Positions 38,374 to 47,895 of a DNA stretch of 64,000 nucleotides are shown piece by piece. Each line of letters opens with the position of its first letter. The stretch's first letter is position 1. Both the position numbers and the translations under genes were made by a program. Source of the stretch: Candidatus Binatia bacterium. Its GTDB lineage: Bacteria; Desulfobacterota; Binatia; UBA9968; JAJDTQ01. The stretch lies in NCBI GenBank assembly GCA_963666515.2, contig OY762897.2, forward strand, positions 1,408,001 to 1,472,000. Direction: 5' to 3'. The notes beneath the pieces are model-generated. The model made no database searches. It was not told the origin of the DNA and saw nothing but the letters and a program-made list of their open reading frames with translations.

Positions 38374-39072
38374 TTACGGCGTCGTGGCCTTTTCGGGGGG
38401 GTTACCGGCTCCGGCTTCCAGACGTTGGAGTTGCAACGCGATCTCTACGGTCTCGTCTTCGGGAAATTCCTTGAGGTATGCTTTGTAACCGGCTACTGCA
38501 TCTTGTGTTTTACCGAGCCGTGTATTGCAGCGCGCTTTGCCCAGCATGGCTTCCTGCCGCAACGGTCCCTGGTGATCCAGAGCCCGGCTCAGGGACTGAA
38601 CGGCGTCTTCGCAGGCGCCTTCCATTTCCTGGGCCAGACCGAGGGTGACCAGCCCCACTTGGGTCAGGAACCCGTCACCGCCTCCAGACACGTTGCCGCC
38701 AAGCGTTTCGACGGCCTTCCCGGGCTGATCCAGCGCGATGTAGCTGTTGGCGATGTAGAGGTTCGCGAGCGTGTCGTAGGGCGCTTGGCCTCGGTCCTTG
38801 AGGTTTCGGAACGAGTCGAGGGCCGCATCGTACCGCCCTGCCTGATAATTCCTGAGCCCCTGGTTGTACTCCTGGAACGCCAGGTCCCGCTGGTAACCGC
38901 GATAGTACTGCCAACCCACCACCACGACCGCAACCGCCACGACGGTCGCCGCCGCACCTATCAACTGCGTCCGGTAGGCCCGAAACAGGTCGAGAGCCCG
39001 GCCCATCAGCACCATGAAGCGGTCCGGTTGACGGATGTCCTTTCGCAGAATGCGTTTTCGCGGCGCGGCCAT
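38374..39072 (-). CDS. Membrane-anchored tetratricopeptide repeat protein (YfgM-like)
   Basis: KDIRQPDRF N-terminus, single TM, TPR-like helices. Confidence 0.75.
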   Translation of the reverse strand: MAAPRKRILRKDIRQPDRFMVLMGRALDLFRAYRTQLIGAAATVVAVAVVVVGWQYYRGYQRDLAFQEYNQGLRNYQAGRYDAALDSFRNLKDRGQAPYDTLANLYIANSYIALDQPGKAVETLGGNVSGGGDGFLTQVGLVTLGLAQEMEGACEDAVQSLSRALDHQGPLRQEAMLGKARCNTRLGKTQDAVAGYKAYLKEFPEDETVEIALQLQRLEAGAGNPPEKATTP

Positions 39073-39096
39073 ACCTACAGATTCTCCAGTGCTTTC

Positions 39097-39612
39097 TTAC
39101 ATCTTGTACTTGAAGTCGTCGGGCGACATCTTGTCCAGGATCTCGCCCCACTTCTCCTTGGAGACGCTGGAGAAGTTCGGGTCCTTCCCCTCTTCCGTCT
39201 GCTGCAGCACGCTCGACTGCTCCAGCACTTCCTTCGCGACGTAGATGGGGGTCTTGCTCCGCAGCGCCATGGCAATGGCGTCGCTCGGGCGTGAGTCCAT
39301 CATCACCTCACGGCCCCCCACGAGCAGGGTTATGACCGCGTAGTACGTGTTCTCCTTCAACTCGGTGATGGCCACCCTCTTCACCTCCCCGCCCAGTTCG
39401 GCGAGCACGTTCTTGAACAGGTCATGCGTCATGGGGCGCGCCATCTTGATGCCTTCCAGTTCCGTGGCCATGGCGGTGGCCTCCAGCAGACCGATCCAGA
39501 TGGGTAGCTGCAGCTTGTTCTCGGAGTCCTTCAAGACCACGATGGGCGTCCGAGTGACCTGGTCGAGCGTCAGTCCCGCCACGGTCATCTCGATAGCGTC
39601 AGGACCCTTCAT
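39097..39612 (-). CDS. Bifunctional nuclease family protein (DUF151)
   Basis: LPIWIG, RPMTHDL, DSRPSDAIA; TGATG overlap with miaB. Confidence 0.9.
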   Translation of the reverse strand: MKGPDAIEMTVAGLTLDQVTRTPIVVLKDSENKLQLPIWIGLLEATAMATELEGIKMARPMTHDLFKNVLAELGGEVKRVAITELKENTYYAVITLLVGGREVMMDSRPSDAIAMALRSKTPIYVAKEVLEQSSVLQQTEEGKDPNFSSVSKEKWGEILDKMSPDDFKYKM

Positions 39613-40946
39613 CACATGACCTCCCTTGCTTCGACGGCCTCGCCCACCAGTGAATTCGGCGTGGCATCGATAACCCGCACCCGCGCCATCTCGTCCGGCA
39701 CCGTGGCTTCGTCGGGCGTGAAATTGACGATCCGGTTGGTCCGGGTCCGGCCCATGAGCTGATCCCTGCCCAGCCGCGACGGTCCTTCCACGAGGACCTC
39801 CTGATCCGTGCCGATCAGGCTCCGGTTCTTCCGAAGGGAAATGCCCTTCTGCAACTCTTGCAGCCTCCGGCAACGTTCCCCCTTCACCTCGTCCGGGACG
39901 TCGTCGCGGTACACCTTGGCCGCCACCGTGCGGGGTCGCGGCGAATAGGTGAAGGTGAACATGTCGTCGTACTCGATTTCCCGAACGATGGACAAGGTCT
40001 CCTCGAACTCCACCTCGGTTTCACCCGGAAATCCTACGATCATGTCCGTGGTGACGGCAACCTCTGGCCGGCGCTGTCGCAGCGACCGGATCCGTTCCAT
40101 GTACTCGTCCAGCCGGTAGCCACGGCGCATGCGCCCCAGCACCGCATCGGAGCCGGACTGAAGCGGCAGATGAAGGTGCTCACAGAGGTTTTCCAGCCGG
40201 ACGAAGGCGTCCACCAGCTCCGGCGAGAGGTCCTGCGGGTGCGACGTCGTAAAGCGGATCCGCTGGATGCCGGGGATGTCGTTCACCCGCTCCAGCAACT
40301 CCGGGAACGATCTCTCCCCTTCCGCGGTCCGGCCGTAGGAGTTGACGTTCTGGCCCAGCAGCATCACTTCCTTGACGCCCTGCCGCACCAGCGCCTCCAC
40401 GTCCCGGACGATGTTCTCGCTGGGGCGGCTCACCTCTCGCCCGCGCACGCGCGGGACGATGCAGAAGCTGCAGACCTTGTTGCACCCCTGCATGATGGTG
40501 ACGTAGGCTTTGGCCCCGTCGGTCTCGGGCAGCCCAGACGGATTCTCCAGGTAGAACGGATCGCGGTAAAAGGCCGTTTCCACCGAGCGCCGGGCGGCCT
40601 CCCGCGCCTCCTCCACCATTTCCGGCAGCTTGTGCATGTTGTGGGTGCCGAACACGAGGTCCAGGTGCGGCGCCCGCCGCAGCAGCGTCTCCCCTTCCTG
40701 CTGGGCCACGCACCCGCCCACGCCCAGGATGACGCCCTTCTCTTCCTTGAGCCCGCGCCACCGTCCCAGTGCGCTATAGACCTTCTGCTCCGCCTTGTCC
40801 CGCACGCTGCAGGTATTCAGGATGATGAGATCCGCGTCGTCCGCGCTGTCGGTAGGCTCATAGTCCGCGGACTTCATGAGCTGCACGATCCGAGCCGAGT
40901 CGAGCTGGTTCATCTGGCAGCCCCAGGTTTGCACGTAGAGTTTCAT
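39612..40946 (-). CDS. miaB: tRNA-i6A37 methylthiotransferase
   Basis: GCQMN, NTCSVR, GCVAQ, CNKVCSFC radical-SAM motif, C-terminal TRAM domain. Confidence 0.95.
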   Translation of the reverse strand: MKLYVQTWGCQMNQLDSARIVQLMKSADYEPTDSADDADLIILNTCSVRDKAEQKVYSALGRWRGLKEEKGVILGVGGCVAQQEGETLLRRAPHLDLVFGTHNMHKLPEMVEEAREAARRSVETAFYRDPFYLENPSGLPETDGAKAYVTIMQGCNKVCSFCIVPRVRGREVSRPSENIVRDVEALVRQGVKEVMLLGQNVNSYGRTAEGERSFPELLERVNDIPGIQRIRFTTSHPQDLSPELVDAFVRLENLCEHLHLPLQSGSDAVLGRMRRGYRLDEYMERIRSLRQRRPEVAVTTDMIVGFPGETEVEFEETLSIVREIEYDDMFTFTYSPRPRTVAAKVYRDDVPDEVKGERCRRLQELQKGISLRKNRSLIGTDQEVLVEGPSRLGRDQLMGRTRTNRIVNFTPDEATVPDEMARVRVIDATPNSLVGEAVEAREVM

Positions 40947-41318
40947 GGCTCGCTGGTTGCAGGAAACGATGAGATTTACCGCATGTTCGGTTCGCCGCAA
41001 CGTGGAGCCAGTATTTCACAGTTCGGAGGGTTTCGCCATCACCCGATGTTCGAGACCCCGTAGACACGCCACACCAGACAGGCGCCTTTCCGAGCATCCC
41101 GACACACAGGGCCGGCTCCTCGGTCGTGAATGGAGAAGGACAAAAAGGGGCGGTAGGCTGGACCCCTACCCCCCTGCGCAAATCGTGTCGAATCTTCCGC
41201 TTATCCCTTCATGGGACATTCAGGCCGAGCGGTTTCCTGGAGGGTGATGGATCAGATGGTTTCGGACCTCGCCGTCCTGCCACTCGGTCTCGCGTCGAGC
41301 CTTTGATGGTGATGCCAG

Positions 41319-43352
41319 TCACCTTAGTTTTTGGCGCTTCCCGCCAAAGGAGCCCTGCAAGTGATTTTCGTCTACAATCTGTTCGAAAATCCCCGCCACC
41401 TCCTCTGCATTTGGTCCGTAAAAGTCTCCGTCAATATACCCCACTCTCAAGTCCATATTCGGGTTTGGCTTGTGATTTCCTTGTAGGAAAAACGACCCGT
41501 CGCTGTTCTGCCTCAGATTCTCCCAACTAAGTACTCTCCTCCCCGTATACGGGGTGGTGATCCCTGGCAAACCTGGAAGATCGTCCGCGACGGTCAAGGT
41601 CACGTCCAATGTATCGTCAGCGAAGTGGTATTTCACTTCCGACGTGCCGCCCAAACTACCACTTTTGTCGTACTCACCAACACGGCTCCACCACCCGAAC
41701 ATCCCACCACGCCATGTGGCGACAGCTTCGTTGCCAAGAGGTCTCGGAAAGTCTTCATACAACTGGCCGAACGCAAAACTGTGTGTCGAGTGGCCACTGA
41801 GAAGAGTCTCGTCAGGAATCAACATCATACCCCAAGCGCCGTACTCTCCCCAGTTGCCTACAGCGTTGAAACCATTGAACAGATCTTGCTCATCCGGCGT
41901 CAGGGGTTGTCCGCTGGCGAGTTTGTCAAGGGCCGAGGTCATCTTCGGCAAATCTGGACCAAACACAAAGTATCCATTCGAATCCGGTTGGTCCGACTGC
42001 TTAACTATTTTACCTTCCAATTCTTCCAGAACATATCCTGCGCTTACGGTTTGACGGCTTCCACCTCGACGATTGTCAATTGTACAAAGCCTACCTCTAC
42101 TGCCCACGCCGGGACAAATCACCTCGTCGCGTAACAATTCTTGAGGGCGGTTTATGTAATAATAGGTTACGTCACTCAGTTCAAAATGGTCTGCACTGAA
42201 GTGGGGCAAGCCAGCAGGAAGATCAGGGTAAGACGTCGTTTGGACCCGTGGCGGCAACTTGACAACAGATCCGTTTATCGTTTCCGTAGGTGCAGCCCAG
42301 TACGTTAAATTGTACTCCGGATAAACCGTGTTATCAAGGAGAAATAGGCGGTTTACGGCACAGCCACCCGCGTCTGAACACGTATAGACGCGCCGCGTTC
42401 CATCTGCTGCCTGTACTACCTTCTCTTCTCCCATTCTCAAGAAAAAGCCGCTTTCGTCGTCGGTCACATGTATTCTATCATTCGAATACCATTCCCAGGA
42501 ATTCGGCCCCGTAGCTCGCAAATTTTCGAACTCACATTGGCTATCTTGGGCGCACGTAACGAATTGTTTACGGGAACTTCCAAGCAACATCACAGGGATT
42601 TGTTCCCACGGATCCAAGTGGCCAGTGAGGAGTCCGCTAGCGCCTTCCAGGTATAGCGGTCGGCCGCTATCTTGATCGAGCTCGATGCTGAACAGACCCG
42701 CTTGGTCCTTGGTGACGGATATTATACGACAACCTGGACCACCAGAGGGACACAGTAAAAAGGTACCTTGTGACAATCTTCCACCAGTACCGGCGTTCAG
42801 AGTAAAGGGGATACTCCCGCTCGTCTCTGCAGTAAGCATTCCCCCGGAATATCGGGCCTCCCCTCCAGCCCCATCTACCGTCACCACACATGCGGCCTCG
42901 CCCGCACATGTAAACCGAACGCCGTCACGCTCCAACGTCTCACCAGGCTCCACTTGAAAACTTTCACTGCCGGTAAAAGTGTGCCCCGCCGGTAAACTAA
43001 CGGGTGTCCCTTGCGAGGGCGGCGGAACAGCGGCCACGTTGAGCATTCCGCCTGTATATCGCGCCTCTCCTCCAGCCGCGTCTACCGCCACCACACATGC
43101 GACCTCGCCTGCACACGTAAACCGAACGCCGCCACGCTCCAACGTCTCACCAGGCTCCACTTGAAAACTTTCACCACCGATAAGAGTGTGCCCCGCCGGC
43201 AATGCAACGGTTGTCCCTTGCGACGACGGGGGAACTGTTGTTCGCTGCCCGGCGCTACTGCATGCCACACCGACAAGCGTCATCATCAACGCGATATACC
43301 GGATCGAACCCATGTGACCTAGAAACGGCCATCTTCTATGACCTCTACTCAT
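41319..43352 (-). CDS. Surface lipoprotein with 69-aa tandem repeat and TbpB-like C-terminal beta-barrel
   Basis: Lipobox-like GVAC; C-terminus IDGDFYGPNAEEVAGIF...LQGSFGGKR; lower GC than the flanks. Confidence 0.7.
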   Translation of the reverse strand: MSRGHRRWPFLGHMGSIRYIALMMTLVGVACSSAGQRTTVPPSSQGTTVALPAGHTLIGGESFQVEPGETLERGGVRFTCAGEVACVVAVDAAGGEARYTGGMLNVAAVPPPSQGTPVSLPAGHTFTGSESFQVEPGETLERDGVRFTCAGEAACVVTVDGAGGEARYSGGMLTAETSGSIPFTLNAGTGGRLSQGTFLLCPSGGPGCRIISVTKDQAGLFSIELDQDSGRPLYLEGASGLLTGHLDPWEQIPVMLLGSSRKQFVTCAQDSQCEFENLRATGPNSWEWYSNDRIHVTDDESGFFLRMGEEKVVQAADGTRRVYTCSDAGGCAVNRLFLLDNTVYPEYNLTYWAAPTETINGSVVKLPPRVQTTSYPDLPAGLPHFSADHFELSDVTYYYINRPQELLRDEVICPGVGSRGRLCTIDNRRGGSRQTVSAGYVLEELEGKIVKQSDQPDSNGYFVFGPDLPKMTSALDKLASGQPLTPDEQDLFNGFNAVGNWGEYGAWGMMLIPDETLLSGHSTHSFAFGQLYEDFPRPLGNEAVATWRGGMFGWWSRVGEYDKSGSLGGTSEVKYHFADDTLDVTLTVADDLPGLPGITTPYTGRRVLSWENLRQNSDGSFFLQGNHKPNPNMDLRVGYIDGDFYGPNAEEVAGIFEQIVDENHLQGSFGGKRQKLR
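42835..43248. repeat. Two diverged direct repeats of 207 bp within the lipoprotein gene
   Basis: TCCCTTGCGA at 43007 and 43214, AGCATTCC at 42835 and 43042 (offset 207); duplicated LPAGHT...ESFQVEPGETLER.GVRFTCAGE unit. Confidence 0.9.
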
Positions 43353-43460
43353 TTGAGCTCCCTTCTTTGCATTTGTGACTCCTGCATGGATTACGACGCA
43401 TGTACGCTAAGACGAAATTCTGACTGGAACTTCGGGCTAAGGCGAGAGTCTCCGTGGCAC

Positions 43461-43685
43461 TGGAGTTACCCCGTTTCAGTGGACAGTTGAGGGCGCTTGT
43501 CGCACCCAGTTCCGAATCGCTGAAGCCGAGCACTCAAACTCCCGAGCCGGCTCCGTTGGCCTGCGACCCCCGCGAACCAACTCAACCACCTGTTGCCGGT
43601 ATTCCGCCGCGAACGACGGACCTTTCCTCGACATACCGACACCTCCTGCGCACAGTTTAGTGTCCACCAAATCGGGTCAACTCCA
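43461..43685 (-). mobile_element. Internally deleted IS3-family element (mini-IS, 225 bp)
   Basis: TG...CA ends with imperfect IRs TGGAGTTGACCCGATTTGGTGGACA / TGGAGTTACCCCGTTTCAGTGGACA; contains an RBS and the 5' part of orfA (EYRQQVVELVRGG...AIRNWVRQ). Confidence 0.85.
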
Positions 43686-43700
43686 TGGTGCGATGTCGCG

Positions 43701-44732
43701 TTATTCGCGTTTAGCTCCGAATGAGCCGACGATCCTGACACCACGCTCGCCATGGCCGGCGGTGAAGGGGTCGGCGTCGAATTTGAAATAGGTGCCTGCC
43801 ACTTCCTGCCAGTCAGGGCCGTAGAAGCGTCCCTCGACGTTCCATCCGCCGATCTCAAAAACGTTGCCGAACATGCCGTGAGACTGAAGCTCTTGGACTT
43901 CTAAGCCGCGCCAGCGGACGCCAGTCGCGAGTTCCGGGATGGTTCCTTCGAAGTTTCTTAGAGCGATGTCTAGGGTCATGCTGCTGTCGAGGTCGTCCTC
44001 GTAGGTCGCGGTTATCATGGCGTCTCCCTGGGCAAATCCGGTTGCTCCTATGGCAAGGCGTCCAGGATCTTCGGTCCGGGCGACTTCTATGCGCCTTGCG
44101 GATGTAAAGCCCCTGTAAGTGGCTGTTCTGAATGGTGGATTGCCGACAGGCGGGATGCCGTGTACGTGCGCTTGAGCGTAACGGACGAAGTGATCACCCT
44201 CGACGAAGCCGTTGCTGAAAGTGGCAAAATAGTGCCAATCTCCCCAGGCGCCGTAGATGTGGCCGACGTGGATGTTGGCGTCGCTGAAGCCTCTGCCACT
44301 GAAATCTCCGGTCATTCCATTGCCCCCCGGGACTCGGAGGCTTGCTTGGGACACGTCGAAACTGGCGGGGCTTCCATAAAGACCAACAAGGGATTCGAAC
44401 CTCTGGGAGTCCTGTCTGCATGACTGGCTTCCTGCAGACTCGCAGGCTGCTTGTATATTAATTCGAGATCCGAAATCGTCTCCTTCTTCTGCTTTGGCGA
44501 TGATCGCTGCGATGGCTGTGTTCGCCTGTGATGAGCTTGTGACGTAGCCGGGCCCTCTCTGCGCCGTCGGCTCCTCCTGACCCGTGTTCTTGCCTGACTG
44601 CTGGTCTTCACCTGGCGTTGGCGGAAGAATCTCTTCTTGGAAGGAAGTGCCGCTGCAACCGGTAAGGACGAGCAAGGCAACAAGCGAAGAGGCTATTGAG
44701 GTCTTCTTCACAACATACATAGCGAGCTTCAT
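43701..44732 (-). CDS. Surface lipoprotein with TbpB-like C-terminal beta-barrel
   Basis: LTGC lipobox, low-complexity linker, VEGRFYGPDWQEVAG...VGSFGAKRE; GAGGAG RBS before ATG 44732. Confidence 0.72.
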   Translation of the reverse strand: MKLAMYVVKKTSIASSLVALLVLTGCSGTSFQEEILPPTPGEDQQSGKNTGQEEPTAQRGPGYVTSSSQANTAIAAIIAKAEEGDDFGSRINIQAACESAGSQSCRQDSQRFESLVGLYGSPASFDVSQASLRVPGGNGMTGDFSGRGFSDANIHVGHIYGAWGDWHYFATFSNGFVEGDHFVRYAQAHVHGIPPVGNPPFRTATYRGFTSARRIEVARTEDPGRLAIGATGFAQGDAMITATYEDDLDSSMTLDIALRNFEGTIPELATGVRWRGLEVQELQSHGMFGNVFEIGGWNVEGRFYGPDWQEVAGTYFKFDADPFTAGHGERGVRIVGSFGAKRE

Positions 44733-44844
44733 AACAATCTCTCCTCTCAGGGTTGATTGGCTGTAGCGGGCAACGGTAAACCCTATAATTGCAAAACCCG
44801 CACCCTTAGTTGCTCCCGTCATTCGGTGAGAGTCCGTTGGTACG

Positions 44845-45333
44845 CTACTCCAGCACCTGCCACAACTTTCCGTCCTTCGACGCAACCTTCAGACACCTGA
44901 GCAAAATCAGCTTCGTTTCTGCCGCCGTCTTTTTCGCGCCTTCACTCATGGAACCGACCAATCCGGTGACGAGCCCCACGCCGGCGCCAATGCCGGCTGC
45001 TTCCCCGATCTTGACGCCGCCGACACCCGCCATGTCGAAGATCTGTGCCATCTCGGTGGCCATCGCGGCCCCTTGCACCGTGGATTGGGCCGTATCTGTA
45101 AGGGTCGCCAATTGTGCTTCCTGCGCGGCCGTCATTTGACGGTTGTTGGCGACGTTCCGACAAATCCCGAGCACCTGCTTGTATTTTTCCTCTTGTCCCG
45201 GCTCGACGTAGACCGACGGTATGTACTGTCCGGCTCCAAGCCCGCTGGAGTCGACGGCTCCCTTGTAGGCCGATCCACAACCAGCGAGAAAGAACAGCCA
45301 CAGAACCGCAGATACCTTGCCTATGTTTCGCAT
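44845..45333 (-). CDS. Glycine-zipper lipoprotein
   Basis: LAGC lipobox, AAGIGAGVGLVTGLVG zipper, two further Cys; GAGGAGG RBS. Confidence 0.7.
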   Translation of the reverse strand: MRNIGKVSAVLWLFFLAGCGSAYKGAVDSSGLGAGQYIPSVYVEPGQEEKYKQVLGICRNVANNRQMTAAQEAQLATLTDTAQSTVQGAAMATEMAQIFDMAGVGGVKIGEAAGIGAGVGLVTGLVGSMSEGAKKTAAETKLILLRCLKVASKDGKLWQVLE

Positions 45334-45625
45334 GTCGATTTCCTCCTCTAGTCCAAGCCGTCGTCTGACGGTCGCGTGAAAGCCGATCCGTACGTATAAG
45401 GGGCAGCGACAGGTTCTACGGGTTCCAAGCTACTGCACCTCTCGACGCTTTAAGGTCATGATCGACCTAAACGCACGATATTGGGTGTTGAGTGCACTAG
45501 CTAGACCACAACCTGACAATGATTGACATTTCAGGGCGCTAGCGATCAGGAGGATGCGCGAGGTGGAGGTGCAGGGCAGGGGTGCGAAGGTTGCAAATCT
45601 GTCCGGGGGGCTGACGGTGGATTTC

Positions 45626-46264
45626 TTACTTGGGCACCACGTAGTGCGGTAGTGACCGTTTTGCCTCGTCACAGGCGGCCTGTATGAAATTGACACCCGC
45701 CTCCACGGCGTTCGTTGAGCGACGGCTGAACGCGGTCCCGTACCGGATCAATAGCAGTGACAAGACGGACGTCGCTTCTTCGGCATCCCATTCACCCGCC
45801 CCGGACAACGTAGTCTGTATGGCGCCGTCAGCGGCCTTGAAGGCCGCCACAACCCGGTCTACGTCGCCCTTCTCTCCCAATGGCTTCCCGTCCAGTACGA
45901 GGCTTCTCGTGAGGAACAGGGACAACACGTACAGTGCTTCCCTGAAACCCCACTCGCTTGGGTTCAAGAGTTCCCGTTGAATGGTGTCTTCGGCAGCCGC
46001 CAAAACCGCCGTGAGGTCGAGGCGGTCACTCTGCGACTCGTTCCTGTTTTGTCCGTCACCGTCGCCCAATGCCGCCAAAGTGGCGAGCTCGATCTTCAAT
46101 GCCTGCGCGATGGCAATGGCCGACTTGAGCCGCGTAAGACTTCCGCCCTTCTCGATGCGCCGGATCGTTCGCCCATCCAGGACGGCCTCTTCGGCCAACC
46201 TTTCCGGGGTCCAACCAAGCTCCAGCCGCCTCCGCCGCATTAGTTCATGATTGACTCGGACCAT
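45626..46264 (-). CDS. XRE-family HTH protein
   Basis: RRRRLELGWTPERLAEEA...RTIRRIEKG...AIAQALKI; AGGT RBS. Confidence 0.8.
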   Translation of the reverse strand: MVRVNHELMRRRRLELGWTPERLAEEAVLDGRTIRRIEKGGSLTRLKSAIAIAQALKIELATLAALGDGDGQNRNESQSDRLDLTAVLAAAEDTIQRELLNPSEWGFREALYVLSLFLTRSLVLDGKPLGEKGDVDRVVAAFKAADGAIQTTLSGAGEWDAEEATSVLSLLLIRYGTAFSRRSTNAVEAGVNFIQAACDEAKRSLPHYVVPK

Positions 46265-46521
46265 GGCAGGACCTCTCCGTTCTTGGCCCGCAAAAGCGAT
46301 TCGTCGAACTGAGAACCTGTTACCAGAGCTTCAACGGCACTAGCTATGCCATAACTCGGCAATGAGAGGCATTTAATGACACTCAAAGAGGAGAACTGTA
46401 TGAATGATGCGTTCGACGGGCACGACTGAACCTGCATGGCACCATTGATCCCCACTTCATCGACGCGCGGCTACCGGATGGTCCGCCAAACAGCGGCCCC
46501 GTCGGCGCTTGTGACGCTCGC

Positions 46522-46689
46522 TCATTCGGTATCGTCCTCGGAAGCTTCACTTGAGCGCTGGTTGAGCTGATCGAGTTCCGCCATCGACTCGAGAATTCGG
46601 AACGCGGCCTCTTCGAAAATGTCGCAATACCGGTTCTCTTTCCACTCTGGTCCATCGGGAGTGACATCCAAGAAGACGTTCCAACCCTT
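46522..46689 (-). pseudogene. 3' part of an XRE-HTH gene interrupted by the IS1595 element
   Basis: Removing the element and one TSD restores ...EWKGW-NVFLDVTPDGPEW...DDTE-stop in frame. Confidence 0.75.
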
Positions 46690-46744
46690 GGGAATTATAT
46701 ACTAGTTTACCCAAGGTGGTGGACTAGAGACGGGGGGTATGCCG

Positions 46745-46990
46745 ATGAGAATACGTTGGTGGCAAATGGGTTTGCATGTTGACGCAGAGTCCGAGGAGGA
46801 ACACGAGTCACTGGTACAGATATGGAGAGCCCTGAAAGGGTTGAACAACTTAGGATTCGTCGTTGATGATAAGGGTTGGTCTATCCGAACCGTACCAATC
46901 GGAGTTGTCGAGGCAGACGACAAGGAGGTCGTCGTTACTGTCGATGAAGCGGTTGAAGTGAAGGAAAAGCCTCTTGGCGGTGGTTCCTGA
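46745..46990 (+). CDS. Small hypothetical protein (module A), paralogue of 49635-49886
   Basis: MRIRWWQMGLHVDAESEEEHESL vs MRVYWHYKYGLVLGPENEEEREHL; both preceded by GGGGGGTA-N5-ATG. Confidence 0.55.
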   Translation: MRIRWWQMGLHVDAESEEEHESLVQIWRALKGLNNLGFVVDDKGWSIRTVPIGVVEADDKEVVVTVDEAVEVKEKPLGGGS

Positions 46991-47110
46991 TACGTTGATG
47001 AGCCATTGAGAATCCAGCACTTTCAGAGGGCGATAAACGGTTAGTGCCTTTCTTAGTTTAGGGTAGTCCTGTTCAGGATAGTTGAGGTCGTAGTTAATGA
47101 GGTATCTCAT
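46850..47110 (-). CDS. Cas2/VapD-like ferredoxin-fold small protein (module A)
   Basis: MRYLINYDL N-terminal strand with Asp, LDSQWLI, IDSNDDLLVV. Confidence 0.65.
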   Translation of the reverse strand: MRYLINYDLNYPEQDYPKLRKALTVYRPLKVLDSQWLINVSGTTAKRLFLHFNRFIDSNDDLLVVCLDNSDWYGSDRPTLIINDES

Positions 47111-47188
47111 GGTTGGCGTGTATTGCACGGGGTATGGCGTCTGTCAAGAGGGTTTTGGACGGGTCGGTTTTGCTGTGGAGAAAGGGGG

Positions 47189-47218
47189 TTGACAGGGTAG
47201 TTGGGGGTTTAGTAGGGT
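47189..47218 (+). promoter_or_regulatory. Putative promoter of structured RNA 1
   Basis: TTGACA (47189-47194), 18-bp spacer, TAGGGT; predicted start falls near the first base of the closing stem. Confidence 0.45.
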
Positions 47219-47224
47219 GCGAGG

Positions 47225-47358
47225 TTGCCAACGTCTTTCGGGAATCCGCTAAGTCGGGTTACCCGCTGAATAAAACAGCCTCTAGCCCGGCTCGGACTAG
47301 CTACCTGAGCCTAGGTAAATAGGTGGGGACTTCCCTCATTCCTGAGAGATGTTGGCAA
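47225..47358 (+). ncRNA. Putative structured ncRNA 1 (about 134 nt)
   Basis: 21-bp closing stem (47225-47245 / 47338-47358) in which all three non-Watson-Crick pairs are G-U; nested inner stems; followed by hairpin CCGACACC/GGTGTCGG (47363-47383). Confidence 0.6.
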
Positions 47359-47412
47359 TGGCCCGACACCAACGGGGTGTCGGCGAAATGCCTTATGAGG
47401 GAGGTACGGGGT

Positions 47413-47811
47413 ATGGCCAGATGGTTCAAGAAACTGAAGAAAGAATGGGAGACGGACTTTGAGAAGAACAATCCGCGTCAAGCCGCGACAGTGAGATGGT
47501 TGAACTCGGAACGGGCGCAAGCTGGGGTGCTTGGTTTTTTCCTTATGCCGTTGTTGTGCACTTTTTCTTGGGTGTGCTTGGTAGGTTTTCTCTGGCTGGT
47601 CGTGCTTTTGCTCAGAGGTGCGGCGAGTGGAGGAATGTCGATTCTTGAGGCGTACATATGGTATGAACTGATATTTGCTTCGATGGGCATTGCTGTTTTG
47701 GTGGGGTTGGTCCACGGATTAGCGAAATGGTTCAAGGCAACAAGGAGGCGAGCGGTTCGGGAAGAGGAGGAAATCCGTCTTGCCGTGCGACAACAGAGAA
47801 TGAATGAGTGA
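47413..47811 (+). CDS. Hypothetical membrane protein (transposon passenger)
   Basis: Two to three hydrophobic segments; GGAGGT RBS before ATG 47413. Confidence 0.55.
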   Translation: MARWFKKLKKEWETDFEKNNPRQAATVRWLNSERAQAGVLGFFLMPLLCTFSWVCLVGFLWLVVLLLRGAASGGMSILEAYIWYELIFASMGIAVLVGLVHGLAKWFKATRRRAVREEEEIRLAVRQQRMNE

Positions 47812-47895
47812 TTGGCCAAGTCTTGATGCGTATCATTGCTGAGGTCTGTACGGTTGTAGAGTGGCGGAACGGGGTTCCGTGTGGGAGTGAAGGCG

